64,000 nt of DNA from the human T2T-CHM13v2.0 reference genome, Homo sapiens, in assembly GCF_009914755.1 (NCBI RefSeq), contig NC_060933.1. One strand, 5' to 3'. The position numbers were made by a program, and so were the translations under genes. Positions 41,366 to 55,865 of the stretch are shown in pieces (the stretch's first letter is position 1; each line of letters starts with the position of its first letter). The notes under the pieces were generated by a model. That model was not told where the DNA came from. It did not search any database and worked only from the letters and a program-made list of their open reading frames with translations.

Positions 41366-43619
41366 ACAGGCTGGGAGTAAGAGAAGAGATATAACTCCTA
41401 AATTCTGAGTAGCCCTTATGCATATGCCCTGTAACCAAAAGCAAAGCTCAAGCCTCCTTCCTGCGCATGTGGTACCTTGACGGTTCAGGGACGCTTCAAG
41501 GCACACCTCTGATCCCAGCAGCACAGACAGCACAGACCAGCCACCTAGAACTCCCTGTGAATAGAGATGACCTGTAGGTGTTCCCCTAATATTTGGAAAT
41601 AAGTGAATGGCAACGAGAAAGGTGGTCCAAGGAATTTACTAAGCATGAAGAAGAACTTCCAGGGACATCCAAGGTCTTGCACACCTACCCTGACCCCATC
41701 CGGTGGTGTTAGGATCACAAAATAGAGACTTGTTATTTCAATGAGGATTCCAGGAGCTCCTGGGAAGTCTTTGCTGGTTCACAGATGTGTTTACACTCAG
41801 GATATTCTTTCAATGGCATATTTTTGAGTTACTTTCAACAAAAGGCATTAAAATGCAAGGGGTTTCTGCATAATTTTCAATTAAAAAGACAATGCATTGA
41901 TCAGAGTCATCAGTGGTTTGCAACTGTTCTCGGGGAATGGGCTTTCTGGAAGGAAGCGTAGGAGGGAAGTGCAGATAATTTTGAGTATCACCTTTTCCAA
42001 AAAGTAGTGTGGCTGTGATGACGCTGTGGTTTCCTGTGAGCCCAGAATACAGTACCCCTGTGTTTGGCCTGCCAGGGCAGGTGAACATTCCCCAGGCTTG
42101 CTCTGTGTCACGGATACCCAGCTCACCAGATGGATGCAGTATGGTGGGTGCCCTGGTAGCCGAAGCTGGCTCTGATGCAAAGATCTGGTGCAGAATTTAT
42201 AAAGCAATATCTCATTTCTGGTTGATGGTGACTCACTAGAGGTGTTGGAACATTTTTTTTTTCCTATTTCGTGTCAAAGATTCTTGGGATGAAATAAGTT
42301 AAAAAGATGTTTCTAGAAGACAAGTAAGTATCAAAAAATAAAAGGAGCTGAAACATCCACCAAAGTGAATATTAAGAGAAATTCGACACTCCAGAGATTG
42401 TGAATGTCCTTTTATCCTGGCCTAGATAATGAGGCATGCACAGGTAATACTGTGGGCTACTTGGTGCCATTAGAAGAAAATGCTGACTGAGCTTACAATC
42501 ATGTCTTCAGTTCTATTTAGTCAGATCTTTTGGTTATTTCATTCGCATGCTGAAGTTCTGTTTCCTTGTCATTTGGAGATGTTTAACTGTGGCATATGTC
42601 AGAACCACAGGCAATTGAGAATAGATTAATCAATACCTCCATCAATGGACACTTGAAGAAGACACATAACTCAAACCTTATGTTAAATCTTAGAGGAAAA
42701 GTCAGGTTTTTATTGTAGTTCATTTTTTGGAGATGATTGCAAATTTAGTTATTTTGCATCTATTTTTAGGCAGAAATATTAACAGTTCAAGAAAAGCCAA
42801 GAGTTTTATCAGAATAAAAAAGGAGATTGTCTACCATGTAAAACCAGCTGCAAATCCACTGAGAATCACTCCTGGGCACCATCAGTGTGGGAGCTGCTTC
42901 CCTAAGAGCTGAGACTGCCAGCACGCGTGAAAATACCACCCAGCTCTTCCAAGACTGGCCCCATGCTGGCAGAAGCTAATGTGTGCAGCTCAATAGTATG
43001 ATGTCAAGTCCAGATCTTGAAAGCAGACTGCCAAGTGAGCGAGGACACCTGCTTCAGTGGTAGGGTGAGGGAGGCTGCGAAATTCACCAAGAGGTAAACA
43101 GCAGCTGAGAAAGCCTTGGGAGACTGGGTGGGACTCAGATGACCAGAGAAAGCCTTTCCAGGAAGAAAGACTGAGGGAGGCAAAGTGACAAATGCATGAG
43201 CGAGTGGGGTCATGGCTGACCATGGGACTGCAAGATGACTAAGGCAGGGGCTCTGGGAGTCAGCACCAGAGAAGGAGTGGAAGGGGAGCGGCCTGTCAAA
43301 AGGCTTTGGAAACAGAACCCAGTTGTGGAAACTGAGGTGCATGAGTCCGGCATAGTTGTTTAGGAAGCGGCAAGTCTGGCTCTGAGGAATGACGTGGGAG
43401 CTCAGGTCATGACCGTGCAAAGAATAAGGAACCCAGAGACTGGGGTGACACTGCAGACGAAGGTGTCTGGATTGCTAGGGAGTCTGAAGATGGGTGGGTT
43501 CCAGGGGAGCCTGGGAACCCAAACTGTGCTCTTCCTTCTTCTTGGTCTCAGAAGAGTGAAGAACCAGAGGGAGTGGCAGAAGACTTTCATGTGAGAGACT
43601 CTGAGGTTGAGACTTGGAC

Positions 43620-44340
43620 TTTATTGTACAATAGAGCATTTGGCTGGCCTTTGTCTCCGGTTCCTGGGAAGGACCCTCTAAATCCTTGGTATTTCCTGAG
43701 TGATAGGATGTCTTTGTTACTCATGGTAGGCCCCTGTGACCACACCAGAATTCATGCTAACAGGAAGACTCGGGATGGGGGCTGGTCACACCAGAAAGAT
43801 CAACATGTGACTAGAGAGTTGGGGCTCTGAGCCCCTATAAGTCTGGCCTCGGGGAGGGGATGTGGCTGGAGATTGAGTTCAATCCCATAGCCATTGAATC
43901 AATGAAGCCTACATACTGAGACCCCAATAGGCACTCTGGACACCTGAAGTTCAGCTGAGCTTCCCTGGTTGGTCATACATCCATGTGCCAGGACAGTGAC
44001 ATATCCTGAGGACATGAAAACTTCATCCATATTTGGAACCCTCCTAAATCTCACCCTCTGTGTCTCACATTGCTTGCATGGTCCTGAGATGTATCCCTTA
44101 GAATTGTGAGTATAGAGCTCTCCTGACTTCTGTGAGTCATTCCAGTATGTGATTAAACCTGATGGGAACCCAGCATATGATTAACCCTGATGGGAATTTG
44201 TTACTAGCTGGGCAGAAGTGTAGGCGGTCTGTGGACCCTGAGTTCATGGCTGGTGTCTGAATTGAGACGCACTTGTGAAGAAGTGAGCCTTAAGCCGAGA
44301 ATTGGACCTAAAGTCTGCATGGCAGTGTCAGGGTGGCATG
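43620..44340 (+). mobile_element. MER21-family LTR
   Basis: tttgtctccggttcctggga..ctaaatccttggtatttcctgagtgatagg; ggggctggtcacaccagaaagatcaac; tctgtgagtcattccag. Confidence 0.85.
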
Positions 44341-46619
44341 GCATCCTTTTGGCCTCAATGTGACCATGTCTCAGTCCTGACCTGGTGCTCCTCATTGAAT
44401 CAGAACCCATGGGAAGCCCAAGTGAGGAGATGTACCCTCGTGCGGGGGCTTCCTCCGGGTCAAGCATCCTTGGTCATAAAGTATACCTTCAAATGCCCTT
44501 TGTCAGGTCACTTACAGGTCTTCCAAGGTTAAAATATTTGATAGTGACACTAAATACTAACGTTAAGAGAAAACACTGTCACTGATAGACATCTATCTAT
44601 AAGATCTTGATGAGTCCAGCATTCTAGGATCAGGGACCATGTGGCATTTGGCACAGAGTTTAGTGTGGCCTTGTCTGTCCCCGGGGAATTTATTTTCTTC
44701 TCTGCAAGTTTCTTCTGAACTGTGTTTATATCTGTGTTAGAACACTAGTCACAAGTAAATGCACATCCTTCTTCTCTTATGGACTGCTTTTGTGGGCAGA
44801 GGAGGGCAGGTCTTTATGTTTATACCCCTTGCAACATTTAGTGAATTGGATTTAGGAAGGGGTGGTTTGGTGAAGACTCCACAAAGAAAGCAGTAGGGCC
44901 AGAGAAAAAAAAAAGCCAGTACCACCTGGTAGAAATGGCACTGTGCAGTTCACTACCTTAATGTGTGCACAGAGTGGTGGTTCAATCCAGTTACCCCTGG
45001 ATGACCTCAGCATTTCCCCAGCCCCAAGAGCATCAGTAAACCTGAAGCAAGTGAGGCTCAGGCCCTGAAAATCTCCCTCCGTGGTCTTGAGCCCTGGGTG
45101 TTTTTTTTTCTGCAACCTTCACTGGTGGGTCACTTCCTGGCAGAATAGCCATGGGGAATTCTTTGTCTCTCATTGTTGTTCAAAGTCCTTTAAAAAACAG
45201 AGTGTTTTCGCCCAACCCTGGGGTTCTGGATTCTGCTTGCCTGTATTTCTGTACCTAGTCAGCATCAGGCAGAAACTGACCATTCAGGAAGAGAGACAAT
45301 CAGATGTAAATGTGTTTTCTGCTACTGCCTCTAGGGGAACGTTCTTAAATATTCTCAGCCAGATGACCTTCCCTCCCCTGCTGTTTATTGTTTTTCACTA
45401 TCAAATGTTCCCCCAGCTGTGGCAGCTGGAGTTCAAAGCTGTCCACTTGCAACAGAGTGTCCTTGGTGGGTTTTCTGCAGTTGATTAATGCCTGACAGCA
45501 TGTGGGTTCCTCCAGGCAGTGGCCCTCTGTTGGATTCTTCAAGGCAAATAAGAATCTGCCGGAAAGAAGGCATAAATCCTCCCTTGCACTGTGCTGTCAG
45601 CCGTTGAGTCTCGCAGGTTTGCTTCTGTAGAACCAGGAGAGTCAGGTCATTTGAGTGTTTGTGTGCCCAGGGTTATGCCTCTGTGATCCACCAACTGCGT
45701 CTCCAGTGCGGCCTGCACCATACAAGACAAAGACCTGGAGATGAGCCGTCCGGCTCCAGCCCCTGCCACTTCATTAAAGACTGTCAACAGCCTTGATCTA
45801 TCTGTCTGTGTTACCTGATCCCGCACGCTGATGCGCGGTAAAGGACTCCCGTGCTGGAGACCATAGTGTAGGCTGTCAGAATGGAATTTTGAAATTGTGG
45901 CCAGACACAGCTCACTAAAAACTGTAATTAGTGGGTAGACAGAAAAGCCTCATCACCCAGGGCCTGGTTTTTTTGGATTGGTTGGGCCATGCCCATCACG
46001 CAGGGAACATTGCAGAGGCATGACTGGGGGCTTAGATCACGGCAGCCCACTTACCCCATACCCCATACCCAGTACATGCCCCACTGAGACGGCGACCATT
46101 AGAATGTCTGGAGAAACACGGAGGATGGTCATTGGGAGCAGCTCAGCTCCAGGTCGAGCTCCCATTGGCTGCAGAGGTAGCTGCCTCAGGCAGGCCCTTG
46201 TGCAGTGCGGCCTCTCTCCGTGGGTGATGCGTCTTTGTGATGAGCCATTTCCACCACGCAGACCTTGAGCACAGTGAAACAATAAGCCAGCGATTACTCA
46301 GTACAGCGCTCAGAGGAATTCCAGTTTACTATCAGCAGTCATTAGCCCAATCGGTAATGATTCAGAGAAGGGGGATATTGAAGGCACTGGCTATTTTTCT
46401 TCCTTTTTTTAAATTCCGGATATTAATCTTAGAGAAGCACAAAAAAGCAATCTCAAGAGAGGTCTCAGGTGAAGCAGTCTTTACTGAATAGAATCACAGA
46501 GACTGTCTTGACATAGAATTGGGCTTTGGAGAGACATTAAGCAAGGGTGACGGACACTGCAGCTGCATAGTGTTGATTGCAGGAGATCGATTGGACAGCC
46601 GGCTCTGCTTGTCTGCCAT

Positions 46620-47150
46620 TGTGGTAGACTGTATTTTCCAAAGATGATCATACCTATCTAAAGCCCATCCTCCACTGGGTGCGGGGTGCTGTGTTCCCTT
46701 TTTTTGGACCTAGGCAGGCCTTTGTCATTGTTTGAATCAATACAATATGGCAGAGGTGGTGGTGTGTGCCTTTTGTAACCAGATCATCAAAGTCATTAGT
46801 TTCTGCTTTGGTCTCTTGTCTCTCTCACTCTTAAGACACTTGCTCTTAAAACCCAGCTGCTATCTTCTGAGGAAGCCCAGGGCACAAGGAGAGGCCACAT
46901 GTGGGCATTCCAGCCAAAAACTGACAACAAGCATGGGCCACCAGATCTACAAGGAAACATCCTTCAGATGGTTCCTGTCTCTGCTTTGAGTCCCCCAGTG
47001 GAGGGACCAGATACCATGGAGCAAAGACAGGCCATCCTGCCACTCCCTGTCCCAATTCCTGACCCATAGGAACTGTGAGAGGTGATAAAAGACTATTGTT
47101 TTAAGCTATGAGTGTTGGGGAATGTGTTATGCGGAGCAGATAATAGATTC
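46620..47150 (+). mobile_element. MLT1 LTR (F/G/H-like)
   Basis: tgtggtagactgtattttccaaagatg ... ttgttttaagctatgagtgttggg..tgttatgcggagcagataa. Confidence 0.85.
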
Positions 47151-48834
47151 ACCTGTCATATCTAGTGGGTGCTGATTGCCCATGTGCCTGAGCATAACCC
47201 CATCTCATATGTTTGCAAAGAACAATGCATGAACCCAGTGCATGGCAGGAATTCAGGGAGCAAAATGAACTTGATGGTTACCCAAGCAGGCAGCAGGAGC
47301 TTGGTTCCTGGGTGTGGCTTTTGCGCCCCTGGTTTTAGCTCCAGGGATATTCGTCAAAAGTGTTTAAGGCAAGAGTCAGCCCTGCCTCTGTAGAAATAAC
47401 AAAGAAAAAACAAATGGCAGGGATAGACAACCCTAGTGGGAAAACACAGATATATGAGTTCCATAGTCACTCAGAGAAATGAAGGGATGAACAAAAGCCC
47501 TCATCATTCAAGTGACTTTTCCTAAACTCTAAATAAATCTCGGCTAAACACCCAGGTGTAGGGGCAGTATCCATCACATTCTCAAGGCAGTTGTTTTTTA
47601 ATTTTTTTTTCCGGGATTAAGATAGAAAATGCTTCAGCTTTCCAAGGCAAAGCGTTGCTGCCTGCATTCTCTGTGTGTCATGTGGCCTCAAGCACACCAG
47701 GGGTTTTCCTGGAGTGTGTCCTGGCAGTGAAGAGGCACGCAAGGCATCTGATATCCCAGCACCCACAACTGAACATTTTTATGACATTCGCCCAGCTGTA
47801 CCTTTATAAAGATATTATGCAGGTTCCGAGAGATTAAGCTTTCCTTCCCAACCAGCTGCTGTGGAATGATGCCCGGCATATGGAGGACAGATAGAATTTC
47901 CCACCCTGACATGTGCCGAGAAATTTGACTTTAAAAAGTGTTAATCAGTAGCTCAAATCATCAGCCATGCATGAGGGCAGGACAGCAGGAGTCTGGAAGC
48001 TAAATCCACAAATGCATGGGGCCATCCCTGGGTGATCCAGAGAAGGAAGTTCATCCATTCAGTCACATTGAGCATCTCCTGCCAAATGAGGGGTTCCCTG
48101 CTTGCTGTAGCTGCAGACCTGAGTTTGAATCCTATGGAGACCTGTTGCTTTGTTAGAAAGTAACAGAGATGTCTGGATGCAGGAATCCGGAGCCTGGTGC
48201 TGCCCCGCACTTCATAGGTGTGGTCTTGAACACACTTTTGCTCCCTTCTGGCACTGGGCCTCATCAGAGGGGCTCAGTGAAGTTTGGAGATTGAGTTTGT
48301 TTTTCATCTGGATGGACTGCCACCTAAAACATTTCAAAGAGCCCTTGTTTGTCCATCTTCCAGGAAATTTGTCCTGGAGCCTGACCATTCCTTTTTTTGG
48401 GGAGGCACCTCTCAGCAGCAAAAGGTGAAGTTAGGGGTGGCAGCACAGGGGTTTGGCCTCAAGAAAGTGGCTGGTGCCCCTGGGATGGTGGCCAGCAGTG
48501 AGGAGGAGCTGAGCAGGGGAGGAACTTCAAGGTTGGTTTCAGGTCTGGGGGCTGGAAGTACAGACATGGGGATGGACAGTTCTAGGCTTCGAGGGAGCTG
48601 CAGCCCTGGCAGGGGAAGAGGGCTTCATGTGGGAGGGTAGTCAGGGGCCGTCACTGCAGAAGCTGGGTGGCCCTGTCACCAGGGTAATGGACCACAGATA
48701 GCAGATATGTCCAGGCAGCTGCAGAGAACATGCTGGATTGCCCCTTTCCAGAGTGCGGGCAAGGCTGGCCTGGCAACAGCCAGGGATCCCCTCCCCAGGT
48801 ATGAGGTGTGGGCACAGAGCCACCTTCCTCTCCA

Positions 48835-49000
48835 GGTGCAGGGTGGGATAGGGGAATTGGGGCCAGGGAGGAGGGCTGGGAGCAAAGAGAGGGGGAGGTA
48901 GGGGAGGTGAGCTGGGGTGGGGAGGAGGAGGGGATGGGGGTGGAGAAGGTAGAATGAAGAAGAGATGGTGGGGTGGGGAGGAGGGCCGGGGATGGGGAAC
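48835..49000 (+). repeat. G/purine-rich low-complexity tract
   Basis: Many GGG+ runs separated by short A/T loops. Confidence 0.85.
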
Positions 49001-50225
49001 CTGTGGAGTCCCAGGTGGGGAGCCCTGGGCCAGGCTTGACAATCTCTGTCTCTTTCCAGCCATGAGGTGTGGCTACTTTTGCTTTTTGTCTCTAATGCTG
49101 AGAAGAAACACCCACAGAGAAAGTAGACATAAAACCCTTCAGATAACAGGGGGTAGAAATCAAACACACATCCTGTGACTCTGCTGTGCGGGAGGACGGT
49201 GCCCCCACCTCCAGGAGCCCAGCTGTAGGGGGGAATGGAGGCTGGGCTCAGCACCGCAGCCCCCATGCCCACCTGCACCCAGGCTCACTATGCAGACTGC
49301 TATGTGCGCTGCAGGAGCCAGACGGATGCTTTCTTGCAACAGGCTTGCTGCAGATGGTGTAACCCGTCTGAACGTTCATCTTGGTGGATGAGAGGCTTTC
49401 TCTGCACACAAAGCCTGAAAGAAGCCCCTCACTACCTCTCTCAACCATCTCCACTGGAGATGAAGCTTCTCAAGCCCGGGGAAGCCACGGAACCTTCCAG
49501 ATACGGATGTCCCTTTTGTGGGGTACATTCTGCTCCACAACTGGACAGGAGGTTGAAGCCTCACTTGGCCTGGGGTGCTGACTTCCTCAGGGTCCAGGTG
49601 AAATGTAGGGAAGGGCCCTGAAAAGTTAGTGCTGAGAAAGAACTAGGGAGAAAATGTTTTGAACCTCAAGCCTTCCAAATCTTGTAAGAGGCTGGAATAC
49701 ATTTATGCAGAGTCACAGAGAAGTCTCCCAAGCCCAATCCAGGCCATCAGTGTTTTGTGTTCCATTAAGACTGGCACATTTGGAGAAGTGGCTGCTGAGC
49801 GTGTGGGTTACGGGGGTACAACTAACCTGGCATGTGGATGGCAGGTGGCCAGGTGGCTGGTGGAGCTGACCTCTGACCTCCAAGGTGTGGCTGAGCCCCA
49901 CGAGCCAACACTGCCTTGAACCACAGCTACATCAGGTGGAAACACAGCTCAGAGCAGTACCTGGTCACACAAGCTCCAGGGCAGTCTTGAGGGAATGGTC
50001 TGGAAAGTTTGAATGCACGTGGCTGTGCCGGGGTAAGGTGACCATGGCGGTATGGCTGCAGCTCCTGGGAACTGCCTGGGGCCAGGAGCTTTGACAGGTG
50101 AAGCTGCTCCCTTAGCAGAGTGTATACCACCTGTAGATCCTGCTGCCACTCAGACGCCCAGTGAACCCCCCAGCCCTGCCCAGGGCATTGCATCTGGGGG
50201 CATCCCGTGACCTCTCACATACCTT

Positions 50226-50678
50226 GTATGATGGTTAATTTCGTGTTTCAACTTGGCTGGGCCACAGGGTACCCAGATATTTAGCCAAACATTATTCTGG
50301 GCATGTGCGTAGGGTGTTTCTGGATGACACTGGCATTTGAATTGGTGGACTTAGTAAAGCAGGGGGCCTCCCCAAGGACGAGACCTCATCCAGCTCACAG
50401 AGATCCTAAAGAGAGCAAAATGGCTGAGTAAGAGGGAATATCCACCTGACTGCATGATCTGAGACGTGGATCTTCCCCTGTCTTCGGACTCAAACTGAAC
50501 ATCAATTTCTTGAGTCTCAAGCTTGCCAGACTTCAGTCTGGAAGTTTGAAGGGATTTCCACCTTGAAAACAGCAGATCTGGGGAAGTGTCAGCCTTCCTA
50601 CTCATGTGACCCAGCTCTTCTTTCCCTGTGTTTACACACCCACTGGTTCTGTTTCTCTGGTGGACCCTAAAGAATACA
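50226..50678 (+). mobile_element. MLT2 (ERVL) LTR
   Basis: tgatggttaatttcgtgtttcaacttggctgggccac..tggttctgtttctctggtggaccctaaagaataca. Confidence 0.88.
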
Positions 50679-52271
50679 CTCAGTATTCTCCGCCATTGAG
50701 AGGCATGGCCCTCACGCCTCCTTCCTGCTTGGACTTGAGATCAAAAGGCAGAACTACCACCTGCGTTAATGCATCAGGATGTGATGGTGCACAAGGGCTG
50801 GTCCTCTCCTTGAACTGCCACAGCACCTGATAGCAGGCACCAGCTTTACAGGGGAGGCTGCCGCAGACTTAGTGAACAGCGTGGTACCATGTGGCAGGAA
50901 CCACTGTGGGTTTAAGGGCTTGCATACATTTCACATCTCAGCAAAGATGTCCACATTCTCTGATGACACCTAAGATTAGCTTGAAGTTCTTGGAAGAAGC
51001 CTCAAATATTATCACCTAATGAAGTTTAGATGTATTTTAGATGGAGAGTTGAGAGTCCTTTTACCCCTTACCTGATTTGAGTCCTGGATGATCTCAGCAA
51101 CATTGTTTCCTGGGGGCCTGAAAAAAAAAAAGGGAAAGATTGAGGTGGACTAAATTTTTATATTTAAGAGGCGCTCATGCATAGTGTGAGTGTGAAACAA
51201 AAAAGCCTGTCTAAATAAGCAAATAAAACAGTGGAAATCCATTTTTTAAACCTGAATGCTGGGGCCTGGGCGTAGTGGACATAGCAGCATTAACATTTGG
51301 AAAGAATGCTTGAAAACCCTTTCAAAAGAAGCCACGTAAGAGGTGTGTGCATGCACACACACACAGCCTGTTGATGCAATTTATGTGTCCACATTTAATT
51401 TCTAAAAAACCTTCCAAATTTGCAAGCACACAATGCTGTAAGTCCTAGAGCTTCTAGGGAGCTCCCCTTGCAAATCCGATGCTGAGGATCAGGCTTTTTT
51501 TTTTTTTTTTTTTTTTTTTTTTCAGAGTGCTTTTAGAACACCGTGTAGGACAGGATGTAGAAATGGGAAACTCACTGGTGTTCTGGCGATACCACAGCCA
51601 GACTAAACTGAGCAGAGAATCACCTGCTTGCAATGTAGAATTTCAGAGGGAAGGCAGAGAACAGGCTGGTCTCAGCCTGATGGGGTGATGGGGAATGGAG
51701 TACTGTGCACTCCAGTCCCCGCCTGCAGCCTGGTGCCAGCCAGCTAGGGGCAGAAGACAGCCCTGCACTCAGCTCATCCTCTCTGCTCCCAGCTGGGCTC
51801 TTAGTTCACACTGGCTGATCAAGAGCTAATATGTCTCCTTTCCCTGAAATATAATGAGGGAAATGTGACTTTGGCTTTGATTCTTCCCTTCCATCTACTT
51901 CCTCTAACCAACAACAAAGCTCCCATTTCACTAATGGTTCCTGATGTGATCCGAGCCCCACTAAATAGTTTATGAGAAATGGCTATTTTTATGTGAGCAG
52001 AAAAGAGCAGTTCCTGGAAAGCTGGGGCAGCCCTTCATGTCTGGGCTGATGAGATCATCAGTCTCAGGAAGCCGCTGCTCTGCCGGGGCCATTATTCACT
52101 ATGAGTGCTCCTGTGTCCACGGAAGCCATCCATCCGGCCACCAGGAGACATGGCCTGGGAGCACTGCGTTGGAGAGAGGCTGACTTACCTAAAGTCCGCT
52201 TTCCCTGCTTTCCTTGTTGTGACATTTAAGAACAACGTCCTGAACGTGAGAGAATGGAGAAAGGAGACTTT

Positions 52272-52355
52272 AATGGGGGGTTACAACTGGTTCTAACTGG
52301 GGTCCCTGGATCAGGAATATCAGCATTGTTAGAAATGCACATTCTCAGGCCCCAT
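52272..52355. mobile_element. MER5A fragment
   Basis: ggtccctggatcagg..tgttagaaatgcacattctcaggccc. Confidence 0.65.
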
Positions 52356-52857
52356 GGGCAGCACCGTGTGGCTGCTAAGGGCAGGGTCTCTAAGCTGTAC
52401 TGCCTCTGGGCTTGCAGCCTGGCCCTGTCCCTCATTAGCCAGAGGATCCTACTGTGCCTGTCTCCCTGCTGGCAGAACGGGCATCAAATCTCATCCCTCT
52501 GTCCAGTGTTGCTGCAAGGATTACACAGGCATCTATGTAAAGCCACTGCAGCAGGTACTGTGTATTAAGTGCTCAATAAAATGGTCAGCTGTCTTGTGAT
52601 GTCAGAATGCCAACAGGGTAAGTGGCAGGGCCTGTTTCTTCTCAGGGAGGTCACAGTCTTGGGCACCTTCGTGTCCATGGAGATCCCAGGCCTGTGTGAG
52701 CTGCAGGTTCTGCCCTCAGAGAGGTGGCTCTAGAAAACAAGCCAAGCTGAGCTCGTAAATCTCCTCCCTAGAGGGGCACCTGCCACATTAGGAGGCGCTC
52801 TATTTATGCGTTCATATGAGAGTGCTAAAAGCTGCTCTCACTCCTCATCCATCCCAG

Positions 52858-53228
52858 TGGTACAGGCCGAACAGTGCCCTCTCAGAAAGGATCTGCTGAA
52901 GTCCTAACCTCCAGCACCTCAGGATGTGACCCTATTTGGACATAGGGTCTTAGCAGAGGTAACTGAGTTAAAACAAGACTGTTAGAGTGGGCTGTAAGCC
53001 AATCTGGCTGGACTGCCTGTAAGAAGGGGAGATTTGGTCATAGACAGGTACAGAGGGGCATTGGGAGGAGATGGCCGTCTCCAAGCTAGGAAGCCACTCC
53101 CCACCACACACCAGATCTGCTGGTACCCACCCTGGCCCCCCGGCCTCCTGCACTGTGAGAAGTGACTGCCTGCCGTCGAAGCCACCCAGTCCCTGGTGAT
53201 GAGTCTGGCAGCCGAGCTGAGCGACACA
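52858..53228 (+). mobile_element. MLT1A/B/C-type LTR
   Basis: tgaagtcctaacctccagcacctcaggatgtgaccctatttggacatagggtctt. Confidence 0.85.
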
Positions 53229-53289
53229 GCTGGAAATTCCCCGGCCTTTCTTTCCTCTCACTTCTCTGTTCTGTTGCCAGTGACATCTG

Positions 53290-53748
53290 CTCTGATGATC
53301 TATGGCCATGTGACAAACCACCCCAAAATTTAGTGGCTTAAAACAATATTAATCAGTTATTTTGCCCAGGAATCTGCAGCTTGGGCAGGACTCAGCCTGA
53401 ACAGCTCTCCCTGCTAGCCCCTTGCCTGCTGTGTCCACTAGACGGGATGGGCAGATCCACTTCCAGGATGGTGCGAGCAAGCTGCTGCTCTCTGTGGTGG
53501 GATTGGTGGGAGCTGTGGCTTCCCCTCAGCATGAAACTGGGCTCCAAGAGCACATCTAGGAGACAGGATGTGGAAGCTGTTCTTTCCTAAAGTCTGGACC
53601 TGCTCAGAAATTGGCATGGTGCCCCGCCCTCACCATGTTCTATTTGTAGACAAGTCATGGAGCCCAGATGCAAGGAGCAGCAGGGAGATAGACTGCACCT
53701 CTCATGAGTGAGAGCCGGGGAGTTCGGGGCATGTTGAAAACCACTACA
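53290..53748 (-). mobile_element. Old MLT1 LTR
   Basis: gtgacaaaccaccccaaaatttagtggcttaaaacaa ... gaaaaccactaca. Confidence 0.8.
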
Positions 53749-54119
53749 TATCACTGACGAGGTTTTTAGGTGTGAGTTCCTGAGAATGTCATCCTTTCTC
53801 TGCCCAATTTTCAGCTTAAATGACAACCCTATGAGCAGGTACGTGGTACCCACTTTGTGCTCTGGGCAGTGCTTTGCACTTTGAGATTAGGAGAGAGATG
53901 TGGTCCCGACCCCCACATCATTCAGTAGCAGGGCCCACAGCCATAGCTTTTAAGCTTGTCTCTGTTCAAACAACATCATGAAAGGCCAACATTAAACAGA
54001 CAGGCAAGGTTGGGAGCGTGGCGCAAAGGGTGGCCTGCCTCCCTTCCAGCTTCTTTCTTCTACTACGACCCCCAGGGAACTGTAGGCACAAACACTAGGT
54101 TGATGAAAAGTTATGAGCA

Positions 54120-54262
54120 TACAAGCTCAGAGATCGGGGTTGGAATACTTAATCCACAGCTTCTGAGGTGCCCCTTGAGCAAGTCACTGAACCACTCTGA
54201 CCCTCAGTTTCCTCTCCTGTAAAACAGGGTAATAAAAATATCTCCCTTCCTTGTCCATCATG
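54120..54262 (+). mobile_element. MIR
   Basis: ccttgagcaagtcactgaaccactctgaccctcagtttcctctcctgtaaaacagggtaataa. Confidence 0.88.
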
Positions 54263-55295
54263 AAATGTAAGCACAACCTTATGTCAAAAGAATGGCATTT
54301 AAAGGCCCCTACTACCAAATTCTGAGCTTGGGTGAAACTGTGTTAGGCTTCCAGGAATGGGAAGATGCCTAGGCTGAAATCCAAGCTGGGCCCTGCAGGC
54401 TAGGAAGCTTAAATAAGGGGAGCAGGGAGGAGGAAAAACAGAGCAGACAGGAGGATCATCATCAGCAAGCAGTCACGTGGGCCAAAACGTGCTGTGGGCA
54501 GAGGTGGCAGCAATCAGGATGCCAGGCTTTCTGGACAGGGTGCCCGGGAGGGGAGTCTGGGGAGACGCCATTCAGAGTGGACACTGGGTTTGTGCGTACG
54601 TAATGCTCGACTTGATGGTGGCACACAGCAGAGGTCCCTGAAAGCGACATGGCAGGCACACAGGAGGTGGGGTCTGCCAGGAGCATTGGGGGCTTATCAG
54701 AGCAAGGCTTTAAAAGCATGCAGTCTGGCAGGGGTGGCCTTGATGATGCTTGGGAATGCAGAGGGAGGGTGATCTGGGAATACCTTCCAAAGAAATCAAG
54801 GCCAGAGCTTAATGTGGAAACAGAACGAAGGAGGAGGAACTGGCTTTAGAGATAACAGGCTTTTCCTGAGCAAGAACCTAGAGGGATGACACAGGGGAGG
54901 GGTGGCTGGCCGGTGGGCCTGGAGCCAACTTTGAGGCCAGGGTGGAACACGTGCCTGAGACGAGGGTGGGCCGTCCCAGTGTCGGCTGCCTGCAGACATC
55001 AGAAATGTGGTTTTGAATCACAAGAAGAAATCAAGACTAATAGTGGAAAAGCCTGAAATGTCTTGCATAGAGCTGGTAGTTGAATTTCTAATTTTTTTTC
55101 ACTATATCTCTAGAACTTAGTTTTTACAATTTCTCCAAAATATAGATTCTCTAGCAACCCTTCAGATGAAGATGGACCTGCAAATCCACAGCCCTTTTCA
55201 ACCTCCAGGAACACCTGGCCACGCCTCCTAGAAGGCCTTTCCTGGTTTTCATATGTTTAGACTGCCATGGGATTTAGACATAGATGGGACTCTAA

Positions 55296-55796
<501 letters not shown>

Positions 55797-55865
55797 ATGA
55801 GAATCTTGTAAGCTGCGGTGATGGTGAAAAATATTTTATGTTTCAGCTAACCCCTTCTTGATGTA

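Noticed and set aside
48641-49278. Proline-rich ORFs
   Set aside because: Translation of the C-rich strand of a low-complexity G tract
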